Below the pieces are notes generated by a model. It worked only from the letters and a program-made list of their open reading frames with translations. It was not told the DNA's origin and did no database searches. The translations under genes were made by a program, and so were the position numbers. Shown piece after piece: positions 53,232 through 64,000 of a DNA stretch of 64,000 nucleotides (its first letter is position 1; each line of letters begins with the position of its first letter). The DNA comes from Raillietiella orientalis (lineage: Eukaryota), in assembly GCA_036172245.1 (NCBI GenBank), contig JAYWIR010000014.1, positions 1,984,001 to 2,048,000 on the forward strand, given 5' to 3'.

Positions 53232-54900
53232 TTTTCACCCGGTCACGCCGGTGAAATGGACAAAAAATATTGACCAAAAAAAAACGGTTACGTCTAAATA
53301 TAAAAACGTCTTCCTTCGTGGTGGTCTCACATGACCACCACGAAGGGAAATGCCTAGGAGGGAGGGGCTGCTTCGCGCGAGCAGCTTCCCCGATGAGGTC
53401 CGCACAGGAAATGTGGGGGAAGGGGTAAACAAGGGCAAAACACACACACACAAAAGTTCAGTTTAGAAATGTGTGGGATGGGGGGGGGGGTGATCGCAGA
53501 TTTCTCCCCGGAGTCCTCAGCATCCTTTGGAGGATGTTGGCAACTTCCTCCCTTTGCCGACAGGGATGCAGCCATCTTGTCGCCTTCCTCACGAGAGAGC
53601 AGACGACAGTGATTGACCTCACAAGCCGACCGGCCTCTTTCGGTGCGGCTTCTCGCCGCCGCCGCATTCCCACGAAGGCAGCACAAGACTGCGAGGGAAG
53701 CTGCGGGCGACATCGCGTCGCGCGCGAAGTGGCTCCGCATGACCTCTTTGCCGCTGTCCCCCGGGAGTGGGAGGGTCATCCATTGGTGGACTGGCGCGCG
53801 TTGCATGGGATCTCCCAGCGCAACAACCGTAGTGCCGATTCGCACCACTACAGAGGATTTCCCGCCCAAGAACGGGGGGATTCCCACCTCTTCTGGAGGG
53901 ACGTCCAGGAGTTCCGTCTAGCAACGGATTCCCCTGGGAAGGGTGGCACGGGTTCGTGCGTCGGGCAGTTGACGCGCCGTTCAGCATCCCAGCTGCTTCT
54001 TTTTCTCTCTAAACGGTTCTCATCTCGCAAGGCCATCTCCATGTCCACTTTGTTGGGTTGTGTTGAGCGTGGCTTCAAGTGGGGTGTTCCCGCACCCAAG
54101 TGGTCATCTGTGGGCGGTCCATGATTTCTTGCAATGAGTAGTGAGCCGTTTCCTGTTTCCAGACACCGCGGTTAAGGCAGGAGGGAGGGAAGGAAATCCA
54201 TCTGTTCTCCTGGACCAAGGCGACCATTTTCCGGAGTTGGTACCTCTACCGGGGTGACCCTCGGTGGCTATGCACGAGGAACGTACCGAGTTCCTCGGCG
54301 CCTCCGGCTGCTCTCTTGGACAGGAGTCTGGATGGGACGCTCCAATGGGTAACTAAGCACAACCACCTGGACCAACCAGTCGGAGGAGCGACTCAGGGAA
54401 ACTGGGAGTTGGCAGACTCCGACCAGCTGATACTGGGAATCGACCAGAAACTCCGGGCGGATCTGTTGCTCCAGAACGAGTTGAGGGGTCATGCTTTCTC
54501 GATACTTCTTGTCCGTCTCGTCTCGATACGTCCGCTTGAGAGTCCCGATGCAGCTTTGGAAGGAGCTCATCGGTGGGAGGAGACTGGGAGCTGCCTCTCC
54601 TCTTCGCCGCAAGAGGAGTAGCACCGACTTCGGCGCGGTAGATGCTGTCCAGTAACTCTGGGACCTGAAGAACAAGGTGTTCAGGGAAACTCAGGGTCCC
54701 TCGCACGCAGGCTGGAAGCCTGGAGTGGAGAACGGCATGCGCCCCCACACAGCACAGCTGGGATATGCGCCGGGCGCGTGCTCTGGGCAGGAAACCACGT
54801 ATCCTTCGGAACAGGTGACCAGAAGATGGAACCCTCCTGAAGATCCCTTTTACTCAACAAAAGTTCTGAGCGTGATATCGCCACAAATTCCAAGCGACAG
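53232..54900 (-). mobile_element. LINE family B 3' fragment (copy 3)
   Basis: QLRKMVALVQENRWIS and AASLAVLCCLRG match copy 1. Terminal hairpin at 53233-53256. The 5' boundary is approximate. Confidence 0.7.
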
Positions 54901-56821
54901 TGCAGATGATGAGTGAAAATAGGCGAGCCCTTCGCTTTCCTTTTCCAGGGGACGTCTCGTTGAGGCTGTCCTTGGTCGGGGAGCTTCGAGCTCACCCTCA
55001 CCGCACATCCTTGCACATGGCATATCCCAACGGAGAAGCAGCGTCATCCAGTTACGACGTTCTGGAGCTGCTTGATCCCAGTTCACACATTGGATGGAAA
55101 CTTCGCGAAATTCGGAAACGAGGAATCGTCGTGAAACGCGCGCAAATTCACTTTCATGCGTCATGCCATGTCCACTAGAGCAACCGCTTGCTCTGATGCC
55201 CGGTTTTCGCGCCTCCTTTTCGAAGCGGATCGTGCCCGCCCACGCGTCGGGAAGAAGCGCACACCACCTAAGGTGCTGCATTCGGGAAACGGTCCGTGCT
55301 CTCAAAATAGCGCAGTGGAATCCCTGTAGTGCTGCGTTGACCTTTGCGATCTGCGGTTTCAGGTCAAATCACCGATTTTTGTGAAGATGGCGGTTCCATG
55401 GACGCAACTTTGCGCCCGCCATGTGTTAAATCTCATCCCCTGCCCGCCATTTCCCACGGGTTTTCAAGTCTGACAACCCTCGTACGTTTGCGTTACTTCC
55501 GGTTCCGAGCGGTCTCATGGCTTCCCTTATGTTCTTTCGAAACTTCTTGGCACCGTCGCCGAAGACTTACCACGTATTCCTATGCATGGCTTCTGATTGC
55601 ATGGACCCCAATCGTATCACATTTTCCTTAAACCATGCCCCTCTTTCCAAACGGCATATAAGTTTGAGAGACAATCTTCTGCATCTGCTGCACCTTGCAT
55701 CAACAGAGGAAGCGATGGTAGCTTCCTCCGTTGATGCAATCATCCGATTACTTCCTTCCACTGATCAAGAAAATAAAGTAAACGCAGCTGTGGCAACCGT
55801 TTCCCCATCAACGTTCGCTAATGCAGTTTCCGGATTCACGATGAGACGTGTTGCATTGAATCCGTGCTGCCATCTGGTCCTTTTCAATCCAGAAGAGTTT
55901 GGGGCGAGCAGATGATCCTGTGCTCCACGAAATGTTTGTGTTTTCAAGAATTCCTTCTGTATTCCAAATGCCTGAGATGCTTTTAAAGCTCATATTATCG
56001 ATCTTCCTTTTGCGTAATTGGTATCACACAGCTTCTGTGTGTTCTATCAATACACTCTGCAATGCTTCTTGAATGGCTTTCTGATTCATCATTAACAGAT
56101 GAAGCGCTCTGCACACCATGTCCCTGACGGATGAGTATTCGGAGCGGACATACGGGAGAAGGGAGAACCCGTTCCCAAAGGAAGCAATTGAAGCTTTCGA
56201 CGGCAGATCTGCTCGAAATTCACATCATCAGCTGGTTTCCATAGCATCGGCTATCGGTTTTCCACCTTCTTCGAAACAGTCCGTTACGATCAACAGATCA
56301 GGATGCTGTTCGTGCGCAGTACCTTTCTCGAGAAGTGAAATTCAGGAAAAGCTCGAGCTGAACCTTTGAAGAATTCTAGAGGGAATTTTAGAATTTATGG
56401 CTCGCTGCCAGACGGTTGGACAAGCCCGGCGTGAGGGAAGAAAGCAGCAGCAACAGATTCTACCTCGGAGGAACCGCAAGCTCCTTTCCCCCCACGCTTC
56501 TGTTGGCATCGGGGGGGTTTTGAAAGAAATAGCTCCAGCGTCAGGACAGTGGGCAAGGATGGAACCTAAAATTTCATGCTCCAGGGCCGGTGAGACTTCG
56601 AGGGATGAAAATCGGATCGAACTCTAAAGGCATCACCATCCTCGTAAAGCGGAGCGGCATCAAGTAATGTGGGCTGCAGAGGACTTGAGGCCCCACAAAG
56701 AGGAGAAGAACTCAATGCTACGTAGTTGGTAGGAGCCTTCAGCGAAACAGATGATGCGCCCGAGACCTTTGGAGGGAAGGATGCGAACATCAGCCTCTGG
56801 CGCCACGTCGAATGCTGCTTT

Positions 56822-57427
56822 GAGCCCGGTGACGCCGGACCGTTTATTTCATAAGTAAAATCAACACACGAGTGACACTTGTGCAATTGTGGTAGAGGAA
56901 CGAACTTGGGTGGCCCCCGACCCCATGCGGGTGCAGGCCCGGAGGGGTCTGGATTGGGGAGTGAGGGACAGTGTACAGTAAATCCTATGGGAAAAGTATG
57001 AGAAGGGGGGAGGGTAAATAAGACATCTATGTGTTTATCGGGAGGGAGGGGGACTGGGGGGATCGGGGGTCTGACTAGACCGAACATCCTAGCCCTTAGG
57101 CGATGGTGGATTTTGCGATTTCGTCCCTGATGTTTGCTGGAAGCGAAGGCCGTCGAAGTGATCTCCGACGGAGGGAGATCTCCTGGAGGGGGAGGGGAGG
57201 GGGCAGTGCTCCACGTCGATCGCTTCCTATGCTGGAATTACAGCAGCATTCACGACAGGACTACCCCGCGGAGGAAGCAGAGGAGCGCAACCACCTACGA
57301 TACGGGGAGTCCGTTGCGCTGAAGGAAACGCCGGATGGTGTCCTTGGCGCTGTCGGAAGGGGGAGAGATGGCACGGGCCGAGTGCTCCCGCCCTCTTCAG
57401 ACTCCCGAGCATTCGAGCAGAAGTGAT
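56822..57427 (-). mobile_element. LINE family B 3' end (copy 4), abutting or interrupted by SINE-like copy 2
   Basis: LLECSGV...AKDTIRRFLQRNGLPVS*VVALLCFLRGVV is homologous to the other copies. AATAAA followed by CCGG-CGTCA-CCGGG at 56825-56848. Confidence 0.65.
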
Positions 57428-58332
57428 GATGGAAATCCTTTTGGGGTTCCTTTCTGTCTTCGCTGTTTTCCTTCCAGCTATTTTTTTTTTGGTTCTCGGC
57501 CTTTTGGCTAAGATCAAGATAGCTAGGCACTTCAAGAACCGTCGTGCGGGCGGCTCACGCAGCTCTTTCACGCTTTTCCGCGCTATACGAGGGTGCATGT
57601 TAGCTCTCCAATTTATAGGGGGCACCCCGGGAGAGGACCACCCTATCAGTCCAGGAAGGGCTAAGGAGAAGGGGAGTCCGTTCCTCTCACGCCTGGGAGG
57701 GATCACCGAAGGGAACCTTCCACCCTGGTTGTCTCTGAAGGGAACTCCGAGGGAATCACCTTCCTTATTCTCTCCTGAGGGACACCCGGAGGGGGCCGCG
57801 CTCCATTGTTTCTTCTTCGAAGGGAACCCGGAAAGGATGCGCTCTTGGAATTTCTTCTACGGAGGGCATCCCCGCAAGGGAACCGCTCCTTCTTCCCTCC
57901 TCTGAAGAGAACCCCGAAGGAACTCCTCCGAATTTTCTCTGGAGGTCGCTCCCCGTGGGGGGCAGCGCGCTTCTCGGCACTCTGGAGAGGTATCAACCAG
58001 CTCCATAGTACGAGATGGAGGGTCCCCCCTCCCTCCAAGGAGGGGTAGGTCTCCTTTGTACAACCGGAGGGGAACTCCCACTCCTTAATTCTGTTTCCTG
58101 GAAGGACACTGGAGGGTCCACTCCCAATTCCGGCCACTCATCGGGGCATCCAGTTTTTACCAGCTTCTACCAGAGCCTCACCCGAGTTGAGGCCATTCAG
58201 CGTCATCTAGCGGAAGGAATTCGAACCCACGTCGCACCCTCTGTTGTGGACGTCGATCCTCCACGACTGGCGCCACGCGCGGAGACCGCCGCTACGCAGC
58301 CTCCGACGCGTGCGGCGGAATCTGCTTCCCAT
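57428..58332 (-). mobile_element. SINE/MITE-like element, copy 2
   Basis: Starts (+) GATGGAAATCCTTTTGGGGTTCC as copy 1 does, shares the same body, and has B-box GGGTTCGAATT on the - strand at 58218-58228. Confidence 0.8.
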
Positions 58333-58849
58333 CGCCGCGGCCCTGTGCGGGAATGCACGCTTGCCTGAAGCGTGGTGTCCTGGCGTCGCCATGCAGGAAG
58401 GGGAGCGTGGCGTCGGATGCTGTTTCGCTCAACGAAGAGATGCGTAGCTATAAAAAAAAAAAGGAGGTTGCTGCTGCATAGCAAACTCCTCTTTGATGCC
58501 AGCCTTACTCTGTAAGATGGGAAGCAGCAAGACCGCAGATGCTGCGGAGCTGAAGTGCTTATCTTCCGTGGCAAGAACTGTCCCTGAAGTTCCTGCTGGA
58601 TGGAGGTTCTCGGTGACCGCTGCCTGGCAACAGCGTCTACCCACATCTTCCAGAGTCGTTTCCACGAATGAAGACATCATCGATTAGCCCCCTCTCCCGA
58701 AAAAAAAGGCAACGGCCCGCGTCTCTCCGATTCACTCAACTTCTGGGCCTGTTCGCTTCTGAGGCAGGTCAGCATTGCGGGTTAGACAGGTCACATTTGT
58801 GAGACGAGGCAATCAACGACGACACACTTCCTTACGGCGTAGTAGACTC

Positions 58850-59645
58850 GCCTCTTTTTGGTTAGCCGAGGACCTCAAGAACCGTCGCGCGCCTGGTGGG
58901 CGGCTCGCGCAGCTCTTTATCGCCGTTCCACGCCTCCCGAGGGTGCTTGTGATTATTCAAGTTATAGAGGGTACCCTGAGAGACCATCCTATGAATCCAG
59001 GAAGGGCTCCGGAGGAAGGAGTCCGTTCCACTTACACTTGGGAGGGGAATCCGAAGGGAACCTCTTCCTTATTCTCTCCGGAGGGATCCTCGGAGGGGTT
59101 TGCTTCATTTTTTCTTCTCTGAAGGGAACCCGGAAAGGATCCGCTAGTAGGAATTTATTCTCCGGAGGGATCCCCCGGGAAGGGAACCGCTCCTGTTTAC
59201 TCTGAAGAGAACCCCGAAGGGACACTTCCGAATTTTTTCTGGAGGTCGCTCCCCGTGGGGGGCAGCGCGCTTCTCGGCACTCTGGTGAGGTATCAACCAG
59301 CTCCATAGTACGAGATGGAGGGTCCCTCCTCCCCCCAAGGAGGGGTAGGTCTCCTTTGCACAATCGGAGGGGAACTCCCACTCCTTGATTCTATTTCTTG
59401 GAAGGACCCCGGAGGATCGACTCCCGATTCCGGCCACTCATCGGGAGCATCCGGTTTGAACCGCTACCAGTGCCGCCCTCACCCAAATGAATATGAGCCA
59501 GTCAGTGCCATCTAGCGGGAGGAACTCGAACTCACGACGCACCCCCCATCTACCGGTGTAGATTCTTTCCGAGTATTCGAACCCGCGACGCTTGGTGCCA
59601 TGCCTTGAGCAGACCACAACCACATGGACTCCGACGCCTGCTTCT
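58850..59645 (-). mobile_element. SINE/MITE-like element, copy 3 (one end truncated)
   Basis: Long near-identical blocks with copy 2 (e.g. ctggaggtcgctccccgtggggggcagcgcgcttctcggcactctgg). Two tRNA T-arm-like motifs on the - strand: GTCGCGGGTTCGAAT and GTCGTGAGTTCGAG. Confidence 0.8.
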
Positions 59646-59737
59646 TGGGGCGGGACCCTGGAACGCAAGTCGCCTGGCGGTCGCGTTCCCCCATTGCTCC
59701 ACAAATCCCATGGCACTCCTTTCTGCAGAAGAGTTCA

Positions 59738-59764
59738 TTGTTTGTTTGTTTGTTTGTTTGTTTT
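59738..59764. repeat. (TTTG)n microsatellite
   Basis: ttgtttgtttgtttgtttgtttgtttt read directly from the sequence. Confidence 0.85.
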
Positions 59765-59899
59765 GGGTGGAGGGGATTTCGGAAACTCCTCAGAAGGAAC
59801 TGCAGCATCTCGAACTGGCTACAAAGGCCTCCGATTTGGAGTTCCCCCTCTTTCTCATGAAAAGGGGGGAGGGGAGGATTCGGTCGCCACCGAATGGCC

Positions 59900-61458
59900 G
59901 GTGGCTCTCCGATGCTCGGCCCTCCTTGTTGGAATCACGAAGGCGATCCTCTGAAAAGTCCACCTTTGTCTCTCTTCCAGGGTCCTCGTTCGTCAGATGA
60001 GGCTTCAACTCCTCGGACCATACTCCGAGGAGCTCGTTCTACAGGCCGCAGTGCTTTCATCGGAATTCCCCTCGGAGGTCATCTACCTCGGGAAATGACC
60101 TCAGATCCCCGGAAACCTAAATACCGCTTCAACTGCTGCCAAGACTCCCGCTCTGGAACCTGCCGTCTTCCTTCTTCCCGGATCCGCCTAAAAGATTTGG
60201 TGGTGCCGCTCCAGGGTTCCGGCTTGGTCATCCTGACCCTCCGCCAAGTCGGACTGCGAGTGCAGTCCCGTCTACGCAGGCTCTGTGGGGAGTCGTGGAC
60301 TTCGTGGTGCGCTCTTCGCGCTGCAGCCGGCGTAGGATGCCTGTTTTCAGCTACCCCAGGGGGTATCTGTCCTCCCTGCTGGAAGTTCAACTATGGATCT
60401 CCCGCCACCCTCCAAAACCGGAACGCCTGACGGCAGGAGGCACTGAAGTCCTGGGTCACCACTCTGGAAGCGTGCCCGGAGGAACTTCGCCCACTGCGGA
60501 AACTCCTACGAAAACTGCTAGGAGATCTGCAGGACTGGACGCCGTTTCCCGGATCGTCGTCACACTCATTGCCGCAGCACCGTCTGCCCTCAAGATAAGC
60601 AATGACAGCAGCCAACTGGCGGGGTGAAAGCTGTCCTGAAGAATTGCTGGAGTGGAGGGACTCCCCGACGGCTGCAAGACAAGAGGGTTGGACGCCTCTA
60701 CTCCTTTTTCTGGGCGGAGGGACTCCCTCGGTGGAGCGACCTGCTTGTTGTGCCCTCGAAGAACTCGTGGTCCCTTCCCTGCATGTGGGCACCTCCGTGT
60801 TCCCTCTCCGTTTGCAGCGGAGAGGGAACCAGGAACGCTCTGCTGTTTGTTCACCGGGGAGATTCCAGTGCAATCAGCACGGACGCCTGCTTTCCGGGGG
60901 GGTCGCCTCCCAGAACTGTTTGGGGTGCGGAGCGATAGAATCGTTCCCGCACCTCTCTCATTGGACTGCAGTGTCCTCGTGGACATTTGGAGGGGACTGG
61001 CTTGGGCGATCCGCTACCCGGAGGACATCGTTTTGGACTTGCTGCGGCAACTCTTTTTCACGCACCTGCTGTCAGCCCGCCGTGACCGCAACGAGATCTT
61101 GCATCTGTGCCATAGTAGCAGACCACTCCGTGATGGAATCTCGTTAGCAGAGAAGGGAGGCCACCCGAATGGCACCGCCTTGATGAGAACCGCTACGAAG
61201 TGGCCTCATCGGCAAGAAGAAGTCACCAGGGAGATCGTCAGCATTCCGTGCCAGCTCCAGGAAGAAAGGAGTGGCTGAAACCAAAGACTCCTGTGCGTAC
61301 CCTCCCCCTTTTTTTACTTTATTATCCCTTCCCTTTCGATCCTGAGTCCCTTAAAAGACGAACTGCGAGCTGGTGGTCATCCTTAGAGGACTTCTCTTTT
61401 TTTTTGTGACTCACTTCATTTATTTTTAAGTAAACGACCCGGCGTGACCGGGTACAAA
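59900..61458 (+). mobile_element. LINE family B-related 3' fragment (copy 5)
   Basis: SRIRLKDLVVPLQGSGLVIL, CLGCGAIESFPHL and LMRTATKWPH (compare FLRTASRWPH in copy 1). Terminal hairpin ACCCGG-CGTGA-CCGGGT at 61437-61453. The 5' boundary is approximate. Confidence 0.75.
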
Positions 61459-64000
61459 ACTATGCGGCGGTGGAGGCGCTCGAAGGAAGCTTTGCTTTCA
61501 GCGAGAATTTCCGGGAAGCTGAGCGTTACTGAGGCATCATCTGCAAGGAAGATGTGAGCGAGAAGCCGCGACGGTTCTATTCTGGTGCGGGACGCGACTG
61601 CTGGCACTGCGCTACAACGGCCTGCAAGCTGATGGTCATCCCCGATGGATTTTATTTTATTTTTTGGCATGTTTTTGTATTTAGAGAACACCTTTCCCTG
61701 ATTTGAGGTTTGTTTATTTTTTACATAAGTGTTCCGGCGTGATGACCAGGAACAACCTGGAACCCCGCTCACCAGTTTGCGTGCCCAGGTTTTCCAGGGC
61801 GGGGCGTGTGGAAATGTGGGTCCCAGTTTCCTGGCAGCCGGTTCCCGCTCGTAGGGAGCGTTTCAAGAGGCGGACACCTCAGGAGATTCCGCGAGAGTGT
61901 TCCTGTGCGAATCCAGGCAACGGGGGGACTCTCGAATCCTGAAGCACCAAAGGGGAAACCCTGACGAAAAGAAAGGCACGGAATCTCTCAGGGATGCAGA
62001 GCAGGAATCTTTGCTGTGGAGCAGGAAGGATCACGAAACGCTCTCCGACTTCCTGCGCGCATCTGAATGTCTGCTCGGATACATATTAGTTCCAAGTTGT
62101 GGGAGATAAGGGCTGTTGACGGTAACGAAGAGGACGTGGGGAGGTAGAGGTGGCGGGAAAAGGAACAGGGAGGGGGGGGGGGGGGGAAGTCGAACCATTG
62201 AAGTGAGCGGAGGGGTAAATCCACACGTTCAGATCGGGAATAAGCGATTCCCGGGAAAAAGTGAGAGCAGGGACAGGGAAAGAATCGATACTGAAAACGT
62301 GCGACGGGAAGTCAAGCTGACCTCTACTCTGAAAATCGCGAGGTAACGGGTCACGGTGACACGGGAGCGACTGCGCTGGAAACGGAACTGGAATGGACCG
62401 TTGGTCCCACGAGCACGCGAAGAAGAGGGATTTTCCTTCTTTCGTTCGTTCCTACCGGAAGGAAGAAAAGAAACGTTGTTTCAGGGTCTCGTGAGAGACC
62501 CACAGCAGCGGATTAAGCCCGGAAGAAAGAGGAGATCGTGATCGGAGACGAAAGAAATCGAATTCCTTTCATGGCGAGGGGTTCACGCGTACGGCACCGG
62601 CACACTTCCTCACCTTTCGTCAGTGCTCGTCCTTCTCAGCAGGGATCGAAAGCAGATTTTTATTATTTCTCGTAGAAGGTCACGCCACCTCCGATCGTCG
62701 TTTAAAGTGAAGCTGACTGGAGTTGCCGAATTGACGCTCGAGGTCCAAGGGAGTAATCAAAGGGGAAAGGGGGTGAGCGAGGAACGTGATCAGAAACCAA
62801 CTTCACTTGAAGCAGACCTCTAGAGTGGGTGTCGGCGCCCCGATCGTCCGAAACGCACACCCCAGTTCATGCTAAGTACGGTAATGCAATTTATTTTCCT
62901 GCAGACCCTTAAATTGCACTTCACAAGCCGACATGGCGTTGACACGTGAAGTGCAATCCAATGGTCTGGGGAGCAATCGATCTTCTGGACTGTTCTGCTG
63001 TGAACGAAGATCGGAAGAGGGTCATAAAGGGGACGACGTAACATACAAATCAGGGGAAACGGCAGCATCAGGACTCGAGCTGCAGGACAATCTTCACACT
63101 AAAGATGGACCTATACAAAGGATTCCCGTCGCTAACTTTTCATACTCGGGAGCTTTTCATCTTAACCGCGCCCTGAATAAATGTGCCGAAGGTTCGAAAG
63201 GTTTCGAGAAGACGGTCGCGCTTTGCGTTTCCTAAAGATTTGTGTAAGCTGCGTTATTGCTGCCTTTTGTTCGAAATTACAAACCTTGAGCAGTCCTAAA
63301 TAATTAAATGGCCATTTCGAATGCCATGTGCGAGTCCGCTATCCTCGGAATGAAAAGTATCGATTACTATAAATAAAAGCAGTTCTGGTGTCCCCCCCCC
63401 CCCCAAAGGAAGCCTCCTCGCTGTCCAATTTTCCAGTCATCCCTAGCCTTTGATTCAAGGAACGCTGTGGGAAAGTGCGTTTCTTAGAGGCGATCAGGGA
63501 AAGATGGATCCACGTTGCCTCAATAAAGGATCTTTCGGGAATCCTGTTTCCATCTTTCCTGAAGTCTGTCTCTTCCTTCCCGTGCGAGTTTGCAGAAAGA
63601 CTATGCATCCCAGTAAAACGGGTAAATCCACTGTAGGAAGCAACCGGGCTCGTTACAAGGTGTCCCCCTCAGCCACCCCACTAATTCACAAACAGCTAGT
63701 AGCTCGGAGCACGATTTTCCCCGGTTTCGATCCGTACCCCACTTCGCATAACCACAGGAGAGTTGACCGGGCTGCGGAGGGGAGGCAAACTGGTATCTGG
63801 GAACCAAAATCTCGGGGCACACGGGGCCAGTTGGTTCGTGGATTCCCGTTACCCAGCACGGAAGCAGTTGCGAACGCATGGCGGGGGGGAGGACCCAGCA
63901 CTGTGGACAAGTAAATGACTCACGTGGACACTTTTCAAAATCTGCTCTTCGACGTGCACGCCTAGCGCTTGCAGAGCACCTACGAGCCATTAGTTTCATG

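Noticed and set aside
55560..56370. Decayed gag/zinc-knuckle-like ORF on the - strand
   Set aside because: It requires several frameshifts and shows no intact CCHC motif.
56550..56720. APE-like peptide GSNSKGITILVK on the + strand
   Set aside because: A single short motif surrounded by stops; insufficient evidence.
63715..63790. GGATCGAAACC (iMet-like T-loop) on the - strand
   Set aside because: No cloverleaf or acceptor stem can be formed.
1..64000. Hammerhead ribozymes, CRISPR arrays, prokaryotic operons
   Set aside because: CTGATGA/CTGACGA hits lack flanking stems and a properly placed GAAA. There is no regularly spaced repeat-spacer array. The sequence is intron-containing eukaryotic DNA.

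Overview
Eukaryotic (invertebrate animal) genomic DNA with very short GT-AG introns (40-90 nt), compatible with a nematode-like compact genome; the taxon cannot be proven from the sequence. The left ~40 kb is gene-bearing: eEF2 kinase (- strand, running off the left edge), a two-exon COX6B gene missing from the ORF track, a probable divergent class A GPCR, KATNIP/KIAA0556 (DUF4457 repeats, - strand), several unidentified short-exon gene candidates, a ~245 bp-arm inverted repeat and an initiator tRNA-Met. From ~41.5 kb the window is a GC-rich nest of decayed L1/Tx1-like non-LTR retrotransposons. One copy is bounded by a perfect 15-bp target-site duplication and has a predicted pseudoknotted 5' leader. 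Five 3' fragments belong to a related family; four of them end in a conserved CCGG-CGNNA-CCGG hairpin rather than poly(A). Three copies of a ~870 bp non-coding SINE/MITE-like element carry tandem tRNA B-boxes and CTCF-like motifs, and one copy has a 12-bp TSD. All identifications come from motif recognition by eye; no searches were run.
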